Of a DNA stretch of 64,000 nucleotides, positions 48,315 through 58,462 are shown piece by piece. The translations under genes and the position numbers were made by a program. The notes beneath the pieces were generated by a model. It searched no databases, had not been told where the DNA came from, and saw only the letters and a list, made by a program, of their open reading frames with translations. Source of the stretch: a virus (taxonomy: Duplodnaviria > Caudoviricetes); the IMG/VR virus record IMGVR_UViG_3300037067_013058, positions 15,060 through 79,059 of that record. The stretch is one strand, 5' to 3'. Every line of letters starts with the position of its first letter. Position 1 is the first letter of the stretch.

Positions 48315-50759
48315 CTACGCTGTCGCCGCGAAGAAAGGGTTGTCCACTGAGTATTCACCGAAGAATCTCTTTGCTGGATACTTCAAATTGTACCAATACT
48401 TAAAGAGATACGTTCTTGGATCTGTTGTATCCTGATAAACCATAATGTCCGTCTTAGGATCAATGTCCCGTGTCGAACCGTCGCTATTCTTGTATGGACC
48501 AATCGTTCCGTTGTTAATATTGGCTAGAATACCAAGCATAATCCATTTCTTCACGTCAGTAATGAAGTCCGCAAGGTCATCCGGAACAACACCAACTACG
48601 TTATTGTAGAGTAGTGAATCAACCGTTGCAGTAACCGCATCTTTCTGAGCCGAAGAAGCAGGTTCCTCAAACGAAACAACCTTGCCACCACCAGCTTCGG
48701 TCGTTAGCGGGTCAAGCAACGTGAATTTCCCGGCATCCTGGGTAACTACACAAACACCATTACCCGCTAATGTGTGCCGCTCACCACGAAGATACGTTTC
48801 AAAAGTGTCAATTTGGAAGCCCGTGATTAGCTTGTTAATCAGTACATCAGACGGACTTGGAAGCGACGTGTACAGAGCCATAACCGCTGCGGCAATGTAT
48901 GTCCCGTCAAGGTCTACATCGACTTCACGCCCATCCTCAAGCGTCAAAGTACGCTCTGCCTCAGACGGAGCCACCAGAATGAGCCTGCCACGACCAGGAG
49001 AGGTATTCCCCGGCTGTAGCGTCCGCGTAGCACGATATACAAATGTATCTGCCGTATCGGGATCGCCAACCGCTGTACCCCTTGACATCCCGAACCAACC
49101 ACGCCTATAATGCTTATTCAACATACTCGACTGATCCGCAACGTGAGTCATCAAATAAACTGCTGTATCCGTTGACGTATCAATAACAACTACATCTGTA
49201 ATTCCAGACTTCTGCTCACAAGAATCAATTGCGGCATGAATTTGCGAAATCGTTGGTGTACCTGGAACAGTTGAATCGTCGATTTGCTGCAACCACAAAG
49301 CAGGAGCATTATTTTCAAAAGCAATCTCACCTGCAATTGCCAACTTGTTCCGGGTATAATTTCCAATAGTCAACGGGGAACAATAGGCATAAAGCTGCGT
49401 TGGATTATACACCTTTGTTGGAATAATGTAATCATCTGCTGGCCGATTGTAATCGTATGTACAATAATATGATGTGCCAAAAGCAGGCCGAGACGCAGCG
49501 CCACGAATTTCGTAGGGTTGGGTAGTCGCCCCAAAGAACAGTGAGAAAGCATTCTGTGCCACAGCATAGAAAACAAGAGAAGTAGCATAGCCCCGCTCAA
49601 CAGGGAAGCTCTGGAAAGGCGTTCTAACTTCCATCTTCAAATAGCCACCAGAATCTGATGCTGTCCAAGCATACTCAGGACCATAAACAGCACTACCGGC
49701 CAAAGCTGCATTAATAATAATGGCAGTCGCCGCCGCAGTAGTAGCACCAGGAGCAAAAACAACTGTAATTGGAGTAAGACCATTAATTGAGAAATTCAAT
49801 TGGTCGCTAACACCAGCAACGAAAGTATAGTTTTGGATTACTGTTGCAGTCACATTTGCAGCATGATAATATGCAGCTACATTCCAATCAATTGTAGTAG
49901 TAGCGCCATTCTCATAATCCTGATTTTTCGTATAAGATGAAGAACCTGGATAACTTCCAGTAAGGATAATGTTAGAGAGAGTATCAGTTGCAGAAGTTTC
50001 CGCTAATGGATCTTCAACCGTCTCGACAGTCACGTATTCAATTGTGTAAGTTGCCGTTGAAGAATAAACCGCATCAATTACTTCTACAATTGAATTGGGC
50101 TGAACACCGGCCGTTGCAGAAGGTGCCCACGATGCATTAGAAATAATGGAAGCACAATCATGGTCCAAAGAAACAAAAATCTTAATATCTGAAGCCGTAC
50201 CGGTTGTCGGAGAAGTTAACCTCAACGTATCATTTGGTGCCAAGGTTGCAAAAGTTGTTGCAACCGCATTATATGTAGCACCATACAGAGGACTGGCCGC
50301 AAGAGCAGCATTAATCTCCGTAGCAACTTGCGTAAGGGGAATAACACCGGGGGTAATAGCAATTGTAAGAGCCTTTTTTCCATCCAAAGAAACAGTAAAA
50401 CTGTGGTGTGTGCCGTCCGTAGTAACAGGTGTTCCCGCAGCACCAGCAATCATCGCAGGAGCAAACGACCAATCCCCCAAACCAAGAGCGTTTCCGTTCA
50501 TATAAAGAACAGCATTATTACGGTCCCTGTTTGATGTATTTACAACATTCGACCTAAAAGGAGTAACAGCGGACCAACCTGCTACCGTCTCGGCATAGAC
50601 CTTCCCACGAACAACCGCCTCATTTGTAACCCTACGAGTACGGGGAGCAATTGCTACAACGCAGCCGGTTCTTTCTGAAACAACAGAAACCGAACCCGGC
50701 TCGATTACCTCAGAAATATATACACCAGGATCGGTATAAACACTAATTGCTATTGTCAT
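48315..50759 (-). CDS. Tail sheath protein 2
   Basis: 814 aa; sheath-type C-terminal core (YIAAAVMAL...LAGNGVCVV...LLDPLTT...YNLKYPAKRF) upstream of the tube. Confidence 0.78.
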   Translation of the reverse strand: MTIAISVYTDPGVYISEVIEPGSVSVVSERTGCVVAIAPRTRRVTNEAVVRGKVYAETVAGWSAVTPFRSNVVNTSNRDRNNAVLYMNGNALGLGDWSFAPAMIAGAAGTPVTTDGTHHSFTVSLDGKKALTIAITPGVIPLTQVATEINAALAASPLYGATYNAVATTFATLAPNDTLRLTSPTTGTASDIKIFVSLDHDCASIISNASWAPSATAGVQPNSIVEVIDAVYSSTATYTIEYVTVETVEDPLAETSATDTLSNIILTGSYPGSSSYTKNQDYENGATTTIDWNVAAYYHAANVTATVIQNYTFVAGVSDQLNFSINGLTPITVVFAPGATTAAATAIIINAALAGSAVYGPEYAWTASDSGGYLKMEVRTPFQSFPVERGYATSLVFYAVAQNAFSLFFGATTQPYEIRGAASRPAFGTSYYCTYDYNRPADDYIIPTKVYNPTQLYAYCSPLTIGNYTRNKLAIAGEIAFENNAPALWLQQIDDSTVPGTPTISQIHAAIDSCEQKSGITDVVVIDTSTDTAVYLMTHVADQSSMLNKHYRRGWFGMSRGTAVGDPDTADTFVYRATRTLQPGNTSPGRGRLILVAPSEAERTLTLEDGREVDVDLDGTYIAAAVMALYTSLPSPSDVLINKLITGFQIDTFETYLRGERHTLAGNGVCVVTQDAGKFTLLDPLTTEAGGGKVVSFEEPASSAQKDAVTATVDSLLYNNVVGVVPDDLADFITDVKKWIMLGILANINNGTIGPYKNSDGSTRDIDPKTDIMVYQDTTDPRTYLFKYWYNLKYPAKRFFGEYSVDNPFFAATA

Positions 50760-50840
50760 TTAAAATCCTCCTACTTGCACTTAATCATAAGCCAACTTGT
50801 GTAGGTTTCTTAAAGGGACACAAATTAAATCACCAAAGAC

Positions 50841-53690
50841 TTAAGCAGCAGGTGCCCAAAATGGATTATCCACTGAGTATTCACCGAAGAATCTCTTTGC
50901 CGGATACTTCAGGTTATACCAATACTTGAACAAATACGTCCTTGGGTCTGTTGAAGACTGGAACACTTGAATGTCCGTTTTTGGGTCAATATCCCTGGAA
51001 GAACCATCAGTATTCTTGTAAGGCCCAATTGTCCCATTATTGATATTTGCGATAATTGCCAACATTATCCACTTTTTAATATCTGTGATAAAATCGGCAA
51101 GATCATCCGGGACAACACCAACCACATTGTTGTATAGCAAAGTATCAACTGTTGAAGTTACAGCATCTTTCTGCGCCGAAGAAGCTGGCTCCTCAAACGA
51201 AACAACCTTGCCACCACCGGCTTCTGTCGTAAGAGGATCAAGAAGAATTAACCTTCCTGCGTCTTCGGTAACTACACAAACGCCATTACCTGCCAAAGTA
51301 TGTCGTTCTTCAGTTAAATATGTCTCAAAATCATCAATTTTGAACCCGGTGATTGTCTTGTTAATCAAAACATCTGAAGGTGAAGGTAAACTGGTATAAA
51401 GAGCCATAATCGCGGTAGCCACATATGACCCATCTACTTCCACATCAATCTCTCTGCCATCATCCAAAGTAACCGTCCTAGTCACCGTTGATGGGGCCAC
51501 TAGAATGAGCCTGCCACGTCCTGGAGAGGTATTTCCCGGTTGTAGCGTCCTGGTTGCCCGATACACCAACGTATTTGCCGTGTCCGGATCACCTACCGCC
51601 GTGCTTCTAGCCATCCCAAACCAACCGCGCCTATAATGCTTGTTTAACATAGAAGATTGGTCAGCAACATGGGTCATCAAATAAACCGCAGTATCCGTTG
51701 AAGTATCAATGACAACGATATCGGTAATTCCCGACTTTTGTTCGCAAGAATCAATTGCTGTGTGAATCTGTGTGCTAGTTGGAGTACCAGGAACCGTTGA
51801 ATCGTTAATCTGTTGCAGCCACAAAGAGGATGCACTGTTTTCAAATGCAATGCCGCCAGCAATCGCCAGCTTGTTCCGTGTATAATTCAACACCGTCAAA
51901 GGTGAACAATAACCATAAAGCTCTGCCGGGTTATACACCAACCAAGGAGTTAAATAGTTAGATGCTGGCCTGTTGTAATCGTAGGTGCAGTAATAAGAAT
52001 CACCAAAAGAGGGCCGTAATGCCGCGCCACGAATTTCATACGGAAGAGTTGTTGCACCAAAAAATAGAGAAAATGCGTTCCTGGTGTTGGTATAGAAAAT
52101 AATTGAAGTGTCATATCCGCGCTCTACAGGGAAGCTCTGGAAAGGTGTTCTAACTTCCCACTTCAAAGACCCCGCATTATTTGAAGCCGTCCAAGCATAT
52201 TCTGGACCATATGTAGAACTTGCGGCTAGAGCGGCATTGATTTCCGCAGCCAAAGTAGCCGCCGTTACACCAACACCCGCCGTAAAAGTAACTGTAATTG
52301 CCGCCAACCCGTTAAGAGAGAAAGTAATCCGGTCACTAATATTTAGAACGGGTGTATAAGGACCAGCCACCGTTGCTGTCACATTAGCAGCATGATAATA
52401 AGCAGCCACATTCCAGTCAATTGTAACGGTAGCTCCGTTTTCGTAGTCCTGATTTTTCACAAATGAAGAAGAACCTGGATAACTTCCCGTGACCACGATA
52501 TTGCTAAGGGTGTCAGTTACAGTTGTATCCGCTAATGGATCTTCAACCGTTTCAACCGTTACATACTCAATTGTATACGTAGCCCCCGAAATGTAAGAAG
52601 CATCAATTATTTCAACCGTAGAATTTGGCTGAATCCCAGTAGTGGCTGATGGAACCCAAGAACCACTAGAAATTACGGAAGCCCCATCCGTAAGAGGAGA
52701 AAGGAAAATCTTAATATCAGAAGCGGACGTTGTTGTGGGCGACGTCAATTTCAATGTGTCGTTCGGGTTCGTTGTAGCGTAGGTACTCGCAACAGTAGCA
52801 TATGTTGCACCATAAATTGGGCTGGCGTTCAAAGCTGTATTGATGTCCGTCGCAATAGTAGTAAGCGGGGTTGAAATGCCGCTTGTCAAAGCTACAGCAA
52901 GTGCTTTCTTTCCATCCAAAGACAGAGTGAAATACCGAGTGCCGCTGGACACCGGAGGCATTTCCGTACCATTACCAACATCGGAATCCATGAAAGCTGT
53001 GCCGCCAGCACCGGAAATATCGGTACCCGCACCAGCAGGAACAGCCGAAGTCACACTAACATCGGAAACAAACGGATCAACACTTACTGAAGAAACAATA
53101 AAATGATCCACAGACCATGTACAAGTTTCCAAGTGGGTTGGTGTCAAAGCCCGAATACCAACTTGAATAACCGTCGCCACATCATTCATATTCGCGCAAG
53201 CACCAAAGTTCAGCCCAAGAACGTTATAGACAACACCATCAATAGAAATAGTAAATTCACCGTCGCCAACAACGGTCCAAGTTAAAAGAACAGCCGTTGC
53301 CCCGTTACCGCCCAACAAATAAGCAGGAATCGTTGTAACAGTCGTATTAACCGGTGTCCCAGGAGTTGCTGAATTGTTGATTGTAGCAGGAATAAACGAC
53401 CAATCTCCTAAGCCAAGAGCATTTCCATTTTGGTAAAGAATTGCGTTATTTCTATCGCGGTTCGAAGTATAAGTCAATATTGCTCTGTATGGCGTAGAAC
53501 CTGACCAACCTGCTACCGTCTCAGCAAAAACCTTGCCACGAACGATAGATTCATTCGTTACACGCCTTGTACGTGGCGCAATGGCTACGACACAAGGGGT
53601 TCTTTCAAAATTAGTAGAAACAGAACCCGGCTCAATTACCTCTGCTTGGTAAACCCCTGGATCTGTATATGTGCTGATTGCAATAGTCAT
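50841..53690 (-). CDS. Tail sheath protein 1 (paralog with about 135-aa insertion)
   Basis: 949 aa, colinear with sheath 2 from MTIAIS.YTDPGVY to YSVDNPF; one extra beta-rich domain. Confidence 0.78.
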   Translation of the reverse strand: MTIAISTYTDPGVYQAEVIEPGSVSTNFERTPCVVAIAPRTRRVTNESIVRGKVFAETVAGWSGSTPYRAILTYTSNRDRNNAILYQNGNALGLGDWSFIPATINNSATPGTPVNTTVTTIPAYLLGGNGATAVLLTWTVVGDGEFTISIDGVVYNVLGLNFGACANMNDVATVIQVGIRALTPTHLETCTWSVDHFIVSSVSVDPFVSDVSVTSAVPAGAGTDISGAGGTAFMDSDVGNGTEMPPVSSGTRYFTLSLDGKKALAVALTSGISTPLTTIATDINTALNASPIYGATYATVASTYATTNPNDTLKLTSPTTTSASDIKIFLSPLTDGASVISSGSWVPSATTGIQPNSTVEIIDASYISGATYTIEYVTVETVEDPLADTTVTDTLSNIVVTGSYPGSSSFVKNQDYENGATVTIDWNVAAYYHAANVTATVAGPYTPVLNISDRITFSLNGLAAITVTFTAGVGVTAATLAAEINAALAASSTYGPEYAWTASNNAGSLKWEVRTPFQSFPVERGYDTSIIFYTNTRNAFSLFFGATTLPYEIRGAALRPSFGDSYYCTYDYNRPASNYLTPWLVYNPAELYGYCSPLTVLNYTRNKLAIAGGIAFENSASSLWLQQINDSTVPGTPTSTQIHTAIDSCEQKSGITDIVVIDTSTDTAVYLMTHVADQSSMLNKHYRRGWFGMARSTAVGDPDTANTLVYRATRTLQPGNTSPGRGRLILVAPSTVTRTVTLDDGREIDVEVDGSYVATAIMALYTSLPSPSDVLINKTITGFKIDDFETYLTEERHTLAGNGVCVVTEDAGRLILLDPLTTEAGGGKVVSFEEPASSAQKDAVTSTVDTLLYNNVVGVVPDDLADFITDIKKWIMLAIIANINNGTIGPYKNTDGSSRDIDPKTDIQVFQSSTDPRTYLFKYWYNLKYPAKRFFGEYSVDNPFWAPAA

Positions 53691-53748
53691 TTAGACCTCC
53701 TACATTTCAAAACAGTATAACATCAAAAAAGTTGGCCCATTGAAGACC

Positions 53749-54912
53749 CTAGCCAATTCTTTTGAAATTCTTACTCAACACCCCATAATCCCCATCGGGC
53801 AATGATGTAGTCCACACAACATCCGTGCTATTCAAGAAAATAGGAACCGTAGTCAATGGCCTATCAATGTAATCCGCTATCAAAATTGGGATAGAACCAC
53901 GATTCGCATAGATATAATCGTAAAGCTCCCCACCTAACCGGGGAACATTTATCTCCCCAGACCAGCTAAATTCACCCTTGAAAATTATGTGGTACCACTC
54001 AGCAGGTGTCACTGCGTCGTCAAAATAGGACCTACCCAAAAACTGAAAACGCCTTTTTTCCATCCAGAAACCAAAAAATGTCTGAACAAGGTCGCTCATC
54101 TCCCCACGTTCATTTAAATCGTCAGTAATTACATCAATATTTATGGTCATTTCCGCCATAGTGCCATATCTGTTCTTTGGCGGTCTTGCGGTATTAAGAT
54201 ATGTGTCCGTTTGCCCAACAGTTAACCCAAATGCCGTTAAACAAGCCGCAGTGCCCCCTGTAATGGTTATAATGTTGGGGGTGCCCTCTGCACAAGGCCC
54301 CCCAGCCGTGAGCCTCAGATAGCCATCTACGGTCGCAGAAGCGGTATAGTAAAGTGCTTGTGCATTTATTGCCAAAACTACAGCATCTATTGTAGCTGCT
54401 CCTATTGTGGCAAATAATATACTACTAAAAGTAATGGTTGAAGTTGTTGTATTTTCAACCAAGCCCCGTGGAACAGTTGTCAGGGTGAGTGTCCAACCAT
54501 CGGTCAAAGCAAAAGGACCAGCTTTTGTACCTTCTACACGCGGGGGATCTTGTACATGATCCACGAAATTATTTCCAATGCCTAGACGCTTCTCGCGCGA
54601 GGTTGCTGAAGTAATAGCAATCATTGGAAATTTATCTGAAGTATCCGCATACGACATCATTACTTTCGTAATGGTTTCGAGATCTCCTTCAGCAATACCG
54701 GGAGCAGTAGTTCCACGACTGTATTTGTTTATTGTGGGAATCTCGCTCAATTTATATGCTGCATCTGTCGAAATATATTGGAAATATGACCGCAATTCCG
54801 TCATAAATGCGTCTTTGGCCGTCTCAATAAGCTGCCCAAACCTTGGCGGATCTGTGCTGTCATAGGGGGCAGTTTCTATGTATTGTCTCTCTGTAAGGTC
54901 TTCTCTGGACAT
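53749..54912 (-). CDS. Putative tail terminator / completion protein
   Basis: Position upstream of sheaths; DKFPMIAITS...INIDVITDDLNERGEMSDLV pattern, with an inserted decorative domain. Confidence 0.5.
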   Translation of the reverse strand: MSREDLTERQYIETAPYDSTDPPRFGQLIETAKDAFMTELRSYFQYISTDAAYKLSEIPTINKYSRGTTAPGIAEGDLETITKVMMSYADTSDKFPMIAITSATSREKRLGIGNNFVDHVQDPPRVEGTKAGPFALTDGWTLTLTTVPRGLVENTTTSTITFSSILFATIGAATIDAVVLAINAQALYYTASATVDGYLRLTAGGPCAEGTPNIITITGGTAACLTAFGLTVGQTDTYLNTARPPKNRYGTMAEMTINIDVITDDLNERGEMSDLVQTFFGFWMEKRRFQFLGRSYFDDAVTPAEWYHIIFKGEFSWSGEINVPRLGGELYDYIYANRGSIPILIADYIDRPLTTVPIFLNSTDVVWTTSLPDGDYGVLSKNFKRIG

Positions 54913-54937
54913 TTTGTCTACCTATTAAAATTCCGCA

Positions 54938-55031
54938 CTACGTTTCGTATCACCATCGGGTGTGGTTCTCATCTTGACATGTAACCTCCGTGCCTGTATC
55001 TTTAGGCACCGACCTGCACCCCAGGTCGTTT
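54938..55031 (-). ncRNA. Putative TnpB omega-RNA scaffold 3' part (right end at 54958) plus guide
   Basis: CGACCTG/CAGGTCG stem, GTGCCT/AGGCAC stem, GGAGGTTAC...ATGAGAACCACACCC. Confidence 0.6.
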
Positions 55032-56155
55032 TCAACTTGTAAGATGTTCCTGGCTGAATTCTCATCTCTGTCCATAACCAAGCCACACACAGGACACTCA
55101 TGAATGCGAATATTTAGTGCCTTACGCACTAGGGTACCGCAATCCGAACAGTGCTGACTTGTGCCCTTTGGGTTAACTAGCACAACCGGAAAACCAGCTT
55201 CTTCCGCTTTATTTTTCAGTTGAGCTATAAACATCCCCCAGGAAGCATCCATTATGTTTCGTCTCATAGAACGGGTGTTTTTCTCTGTCATCCCTTCTGG
55301 GGCTGGACGTGTTGAAGCCAGCATCCCAACAATGTTCAATTTCTCAACTTTAAAACCATCATATTCTTTAGCTAGAGCAGCAACAGTTTGAAATATAAAA
55401 TCTTTGCGCTTATTAGCAACTTTCGCGCTGATGCGCGAAAGAACTTGCTTGGACTTTTTCCTATTGTTTGATCCTTTTTTCTTGGAACTTAAATCTCTTT
55501 GAGCTTCTTTTACCTGGGGAAGAACTTTCTTTAGAAAATGGGGATGATCTATATCTTTCCCATCGGACATTTTAGCAAAGGTCCTCAAACCAACATCGAT
55601 CCCAACCTCATTCCTAGGAGCTTTGACAGCAGGAGCAGGACCAACATCAATCCGAAAATCCGCCCACCAGCGATTTTGGCGCTTGACGATTCGAAGACCT
55701 TTGATTTCCCCGTCCCTGTGAATCTTGTTCCTCATAGTCAGAACAATAGGTGTTGGACCTGCTTTGATAATTAACTTCTTTCCTTCAATCTTCCAGCCCC
55801 CAAGACCAGAAATCAGCGTGTCAAATCTACCCTTACCCTTAAATCTCGGAAAACCTGGGTTTTTTCCTGCTTTTGATCTTCTGTAGAAACTAACATAGGC
55901 AAGATCCAACCTGCGGAGAGAGGTTAATCTCGTCATCTCACTCGGCAAAAGTTTAAACTCTGGATCATCCGCACGAAGGTCAGTTAAATCCCCATACTGT
56001 TCATAAAGAGAAACAGAAACTTTCTGTCTACTATAAGCCTCCCGCCTTTGCTGTAAGGCTGCATTGTAAAGCTGCCTACAAGATTCCAGCACAGAAAGAA
56101 GTAAAGCTTCCTGCTTATAAGATCGCCCTAACTTAACTTTACTTGTCCTAAACAT
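54950..56155 (-). CDS. tnpB: Solo TnpB RNA-guided nuclease (intact D-E-D), close paralog of 28291..29481
   Basis: GIDVGLR, KVEKLNI, TSQHCSDC / CPVC, MDRDENSA. Confidence 0.93.
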   Translation of the reverse strand: MFRTSKVKLGRSYKQEALLLSVLESCRQLYNAALQQRREAYSRQKVSVSLYEQYGDLTDLRADDPEFKLLPSEMTRLTSLRRLDLAYVSFYRRSKAGKNPGFPRFKGKGRFDTLISGLGGWKIEGKKLIIKAGPTPIVLTMRNKIHRDGEIKGLRIVKRQNRWWADFRIDVGPAPAVKAPRNEVGIDVGLRTFAKMSDGKDIDHPHFLKKVLPQVKEAQRDLSSKKKGSNNRKKSKQVLSRISAKVANKRKDFIFQTVAALAKEYDGFKVEKLNIVGMLASTRPAPEGMTEKNTRSMRRNIMDASWGMFIAQLKNKAEEAGFPVVLVNPKGTSQHCSDCGTLVRKALNIRIHECPVCGLVMDRDENSARNILQVENDLGCRSVPKDTGTEVTCQDENHTRW

Positions 56156-56197
56156 ATCCTTATTTCCACGTTTTTCTCAAAAGGATAACGCCCGCTC

Positions 56198-57220
56198 CTA
56201 CCAAACCAAAGAATACGGACCTACCGTATCCGCAACCCTTGTTGTAAAAGTCTGCGACACTAAAATATACGAGAAAGGATCAGAATTTTGCCAACTGGTT
56301 ATTACATGTCTTGTGCCCGCAACCGCACCATCCATGAATTCGATAAAGCAAGAGCCAGTTATCAATTCGTCCAATGAACCTCTGGTAATTGAAGGGTCAA
56401 AGTCTGCCAAACCCGCGCTCCAAAAATGCTCATTCCCACTAACTGGCAAATCTCCCCAGTCTTGCTTCTTAACCTGCCTAAATGGAATATCGCGCATTGC
56501 AAGGATAAATGGACCTTGCCTATACTCGCCAGCAATTACTTCATTCTCTAAAGGAATCGTCGCATACCTTGCACGGACAATATCAAAAAAGGGGCTGAGA
56601 ATATCTACTGTATCCCGCGTAAGAATTGCCTTGAACCTTATTGTACCACTAACAGGATTAACCGTAGCCAATGTTGAAATATCTGCCCAAGTATGACCAG
56701 CATTCAGCGAATATTTAACCACAACATCTGAATTTGCTGAGTCCCTTATTGTATAGTGAACATCAGTTTCCCAAAATGATCCAAAAGCTGTTCTAGAAAA
56801 AGTAAAATCTGGGGAAACTATTTCACCCATTAGATACCCATCGCTAATTTGCACATCCGAGGATTTGAAACCTATCGTTGCCTCAGTATCAATAAGAGTT
56901 GCTGTAGTATCTGAAGCTGATAGCCAAAGAGTATTAAACCCGAATTTCTTAAATCCAGGAACTAAGCCTATTCCATGACAACTATAGCATTTGCGATCCG
57001 CTTGCTGATTGCTTTCTTTGTAGCAAGCGCATTTGTCCCCAGTTTTCACGGGTTGCCATAGGTACGAGCGAATACCGCCAGCACGTATTTCATCCATTAG
57101 CAAAGAGCGTTGGCGAGCTTGTTCTTCTTCAGCAAGGACTCTACGGTATATATCGCGTCCCCAGTAGCCCGCAGCCGTACTTCCGTTTCCATTACATCCT
57201 GTGGCGTCACTCCAGCCCAT
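56198..57220 (-). CDS. Putative neck / head-closure protein with Zn-finger
   Basis: CAC...CYSCHGIG; located between head and tail genes. Confidence 0.45.
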   Translation of the reverse strand: MGWSDATGCNGNGSTAAGYWGRDIYRRVLAEEEQARQRSLLMDEIRAGGIRSYLWQPVKTGDKCACYKESNQQADRKCYSCHGIGLVPGFKKFGFNTLWLSASDTTATLIDTEATIGFKSSDVQISDGYLMGEIVSPDFTFSRTAFGSFWETDVHYTIRDSANSDVVVKYSLNAGHTWADISTLATVNPVSGTIRFKAILTRDTVDILSPFFDIVRARYATIPLENEVIAGEYRQGPFILAMRDIPFRQVKKQDWGDLPVSGNEHFWSAGLADFDPSITRGSLDELITGSCFIEFMDGAVAGTRHVITSWQNSDPFSYILVSQTFTTRVADTVGPYSLVW

Positions 57221-57393
57221 TACTTCCCATCCTCTACCAATTCTGTCATCAATTCTTCAATGGATTTATTGTTCGCTGCGTCTTTCATAGTATTAATCAG
57301 CTTTTGCCAACGACTTTCATCTAGTAATCTGAAGAATTTAATGTTGTCCATTTTCTCAAGCTTTTGTAAATCTATTTTAAGCGTGGTTTTCAT
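57220..57393 (-). CDS. 57-aa hypothetical protein
   Basis: MKTTLKIDLQKLEK...ELVEDGK*; TAATG overlaps at both ends; below the track cutoff. Confidence 0.55.
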   Translation of the reverse strand: MKTTLKIDLQKLEKMDNIKFFRLLDESRWQKLINTMKDAANNKSIEELMTELVEDGK

Positions 57394-58304
57394 TAGTTCG
57401 GCGTAGACAGCCAGAAATTCCTGAACAATGAACCACCAGGAGCAGAACTCAGCATCGCGTAATATGCACTGTTCATTCGAAGTTCTATAGATACCGTACC
57501 AGATTCCACAAACTTGAGCTTGAATATTGGAATCAGCTTATCCAACTCATTTCGCAAATTCTGCGCCATTGCGGCAAGTGGCGTAGCATGTTGAAGTACA
57601 AATGAATGTCCCTGATCACTAAATGAAGGAACATCTGTATCAATTGCAAACATTGTCTGAGAAATTACCCCAACATACAAAGCCGCTTTCATCAGGATAT
57701 CACTATGGTATTCCAACGGGTAATTCTCAATTGAATACCACATTGGATAGGGCTCATACTCGTTCAACATGTGCAAGCCCATTGTCAAATAACAAATGAG
57801 CATCCCATCAGTATATCCAAGAAAACAATCCTTTTCCGGCATAATCCTTTTAACCGTTTTATCAATCATAAGACGGAATCTTGGCAATAATGACAGAACC
57901 CTTGGAGAAACTACTTCGACAACCTGTGTTCGATACATGTCCTCAGAAGTATCTGTAATTCTTGCGTGCCAATTGAATAGGTAAGTCCCTGTTGGAGTTG
58001 TTTCATTAGCTTCAGCGCCATAGTTAAGGTAATAAGCACCAATGGCCGAATGCTTAATCCGTGTCTTAGGTGGATTGGATTTTGGCCAATAGCTTTCTGA
58101 ATAGACAACAGTTCCAGAAATATCCGTTATTTCAAGATCCAATTCACCTCTTGGATCACCAGTTGACATTTTCTCTTCAACAATATCAGCCGGATTCCCA
58201 TTAGAGTCTAAAATAGTTACATCAATGCGTCTATGAGCATTCTCACGAACCAATTCGATCATCTGAGCGACAGAAGGAACCTCAACTCCGGATTTTATAA
58301 GCAT
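57393..58304 (-). CDS. Putative head-tail adaptor / neck protein
   Basis: N-terminal Ig-like beta part plus helical C-terminal part (LICYLTMGLHMLN.YEP...DVPSFSDQG), typical of adaptors; position after the capsid cluster. Confidence 0.5.
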   Translation of the reverse strand: MLIKSGVEVPSVAQMIELVRENAHRRIDVTILDSNGNPADIVEEKMSTGDPRGELDLEITDISGTVVYSESYWPKSNPPKTRIKHSAIGAYYLNYGAEANETTPTGTYLFNWHARITDTSEDMYRTQVVEVVSPRVLSLLPRFRLMIDKTVKRIMPEKDCFLGYTDGMLICYLTMGLHMLNEYEPYPMWYSIENYPLEYHSDILMKAALYVGVISQTMFAIDTDVPSFSDQGHSFVLQHATPLAAMAQNLRNELDKLIPIFKLKFVESGTVSIELRMNSAYYAMLSSAPGGSLFRNFWLSTPN

Positions 58305-58351
58305 AGTTCCCCCTTAACAAAACCCAATATAGTCACACCAAAAGGTGATTT

Positions 58352-58462
58352 TTGTAACTCGATCATGTTCTGGGCATAACTCTTCATTATCAAAAAGCCT
58401 CCGCGCCAACGGCACAGCTAAAAGCTGTACTATCAGTCGTCAACCTGTGCCCCAGGTTGTTT
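58352..58462 (-). ncRNA. Putative TnpB omega-RNA scaffold 3' part (right end at 58372) plus guide
   Basis: CAACCTG/CAGGTTG stem (compensatory change vs the other two), GTACAGCT/AGCTGTGC stem, GGCGCGGAGG...ATGAAGAGTTATGCCC. Confidence 0.52.

Noticed and set aside
29540-54912. Interpretation as an extracellular contractile injection system because of multiple sheaths
   Set aside because: Capsid, neck, G/GT chaperones and a full replication module are linked, so this is a phage.
58352-58371. Predicted guide of TnpB copy 4 shares AACATGATCG with the IS607 tnpB RuvC-III codons (about 16512-16521)
   Set aside because: Only a 10-nt match, not starting at guide position 1 and followed by a gap. About 0.1 such hits are expected by chance on both strands of 64 kb.
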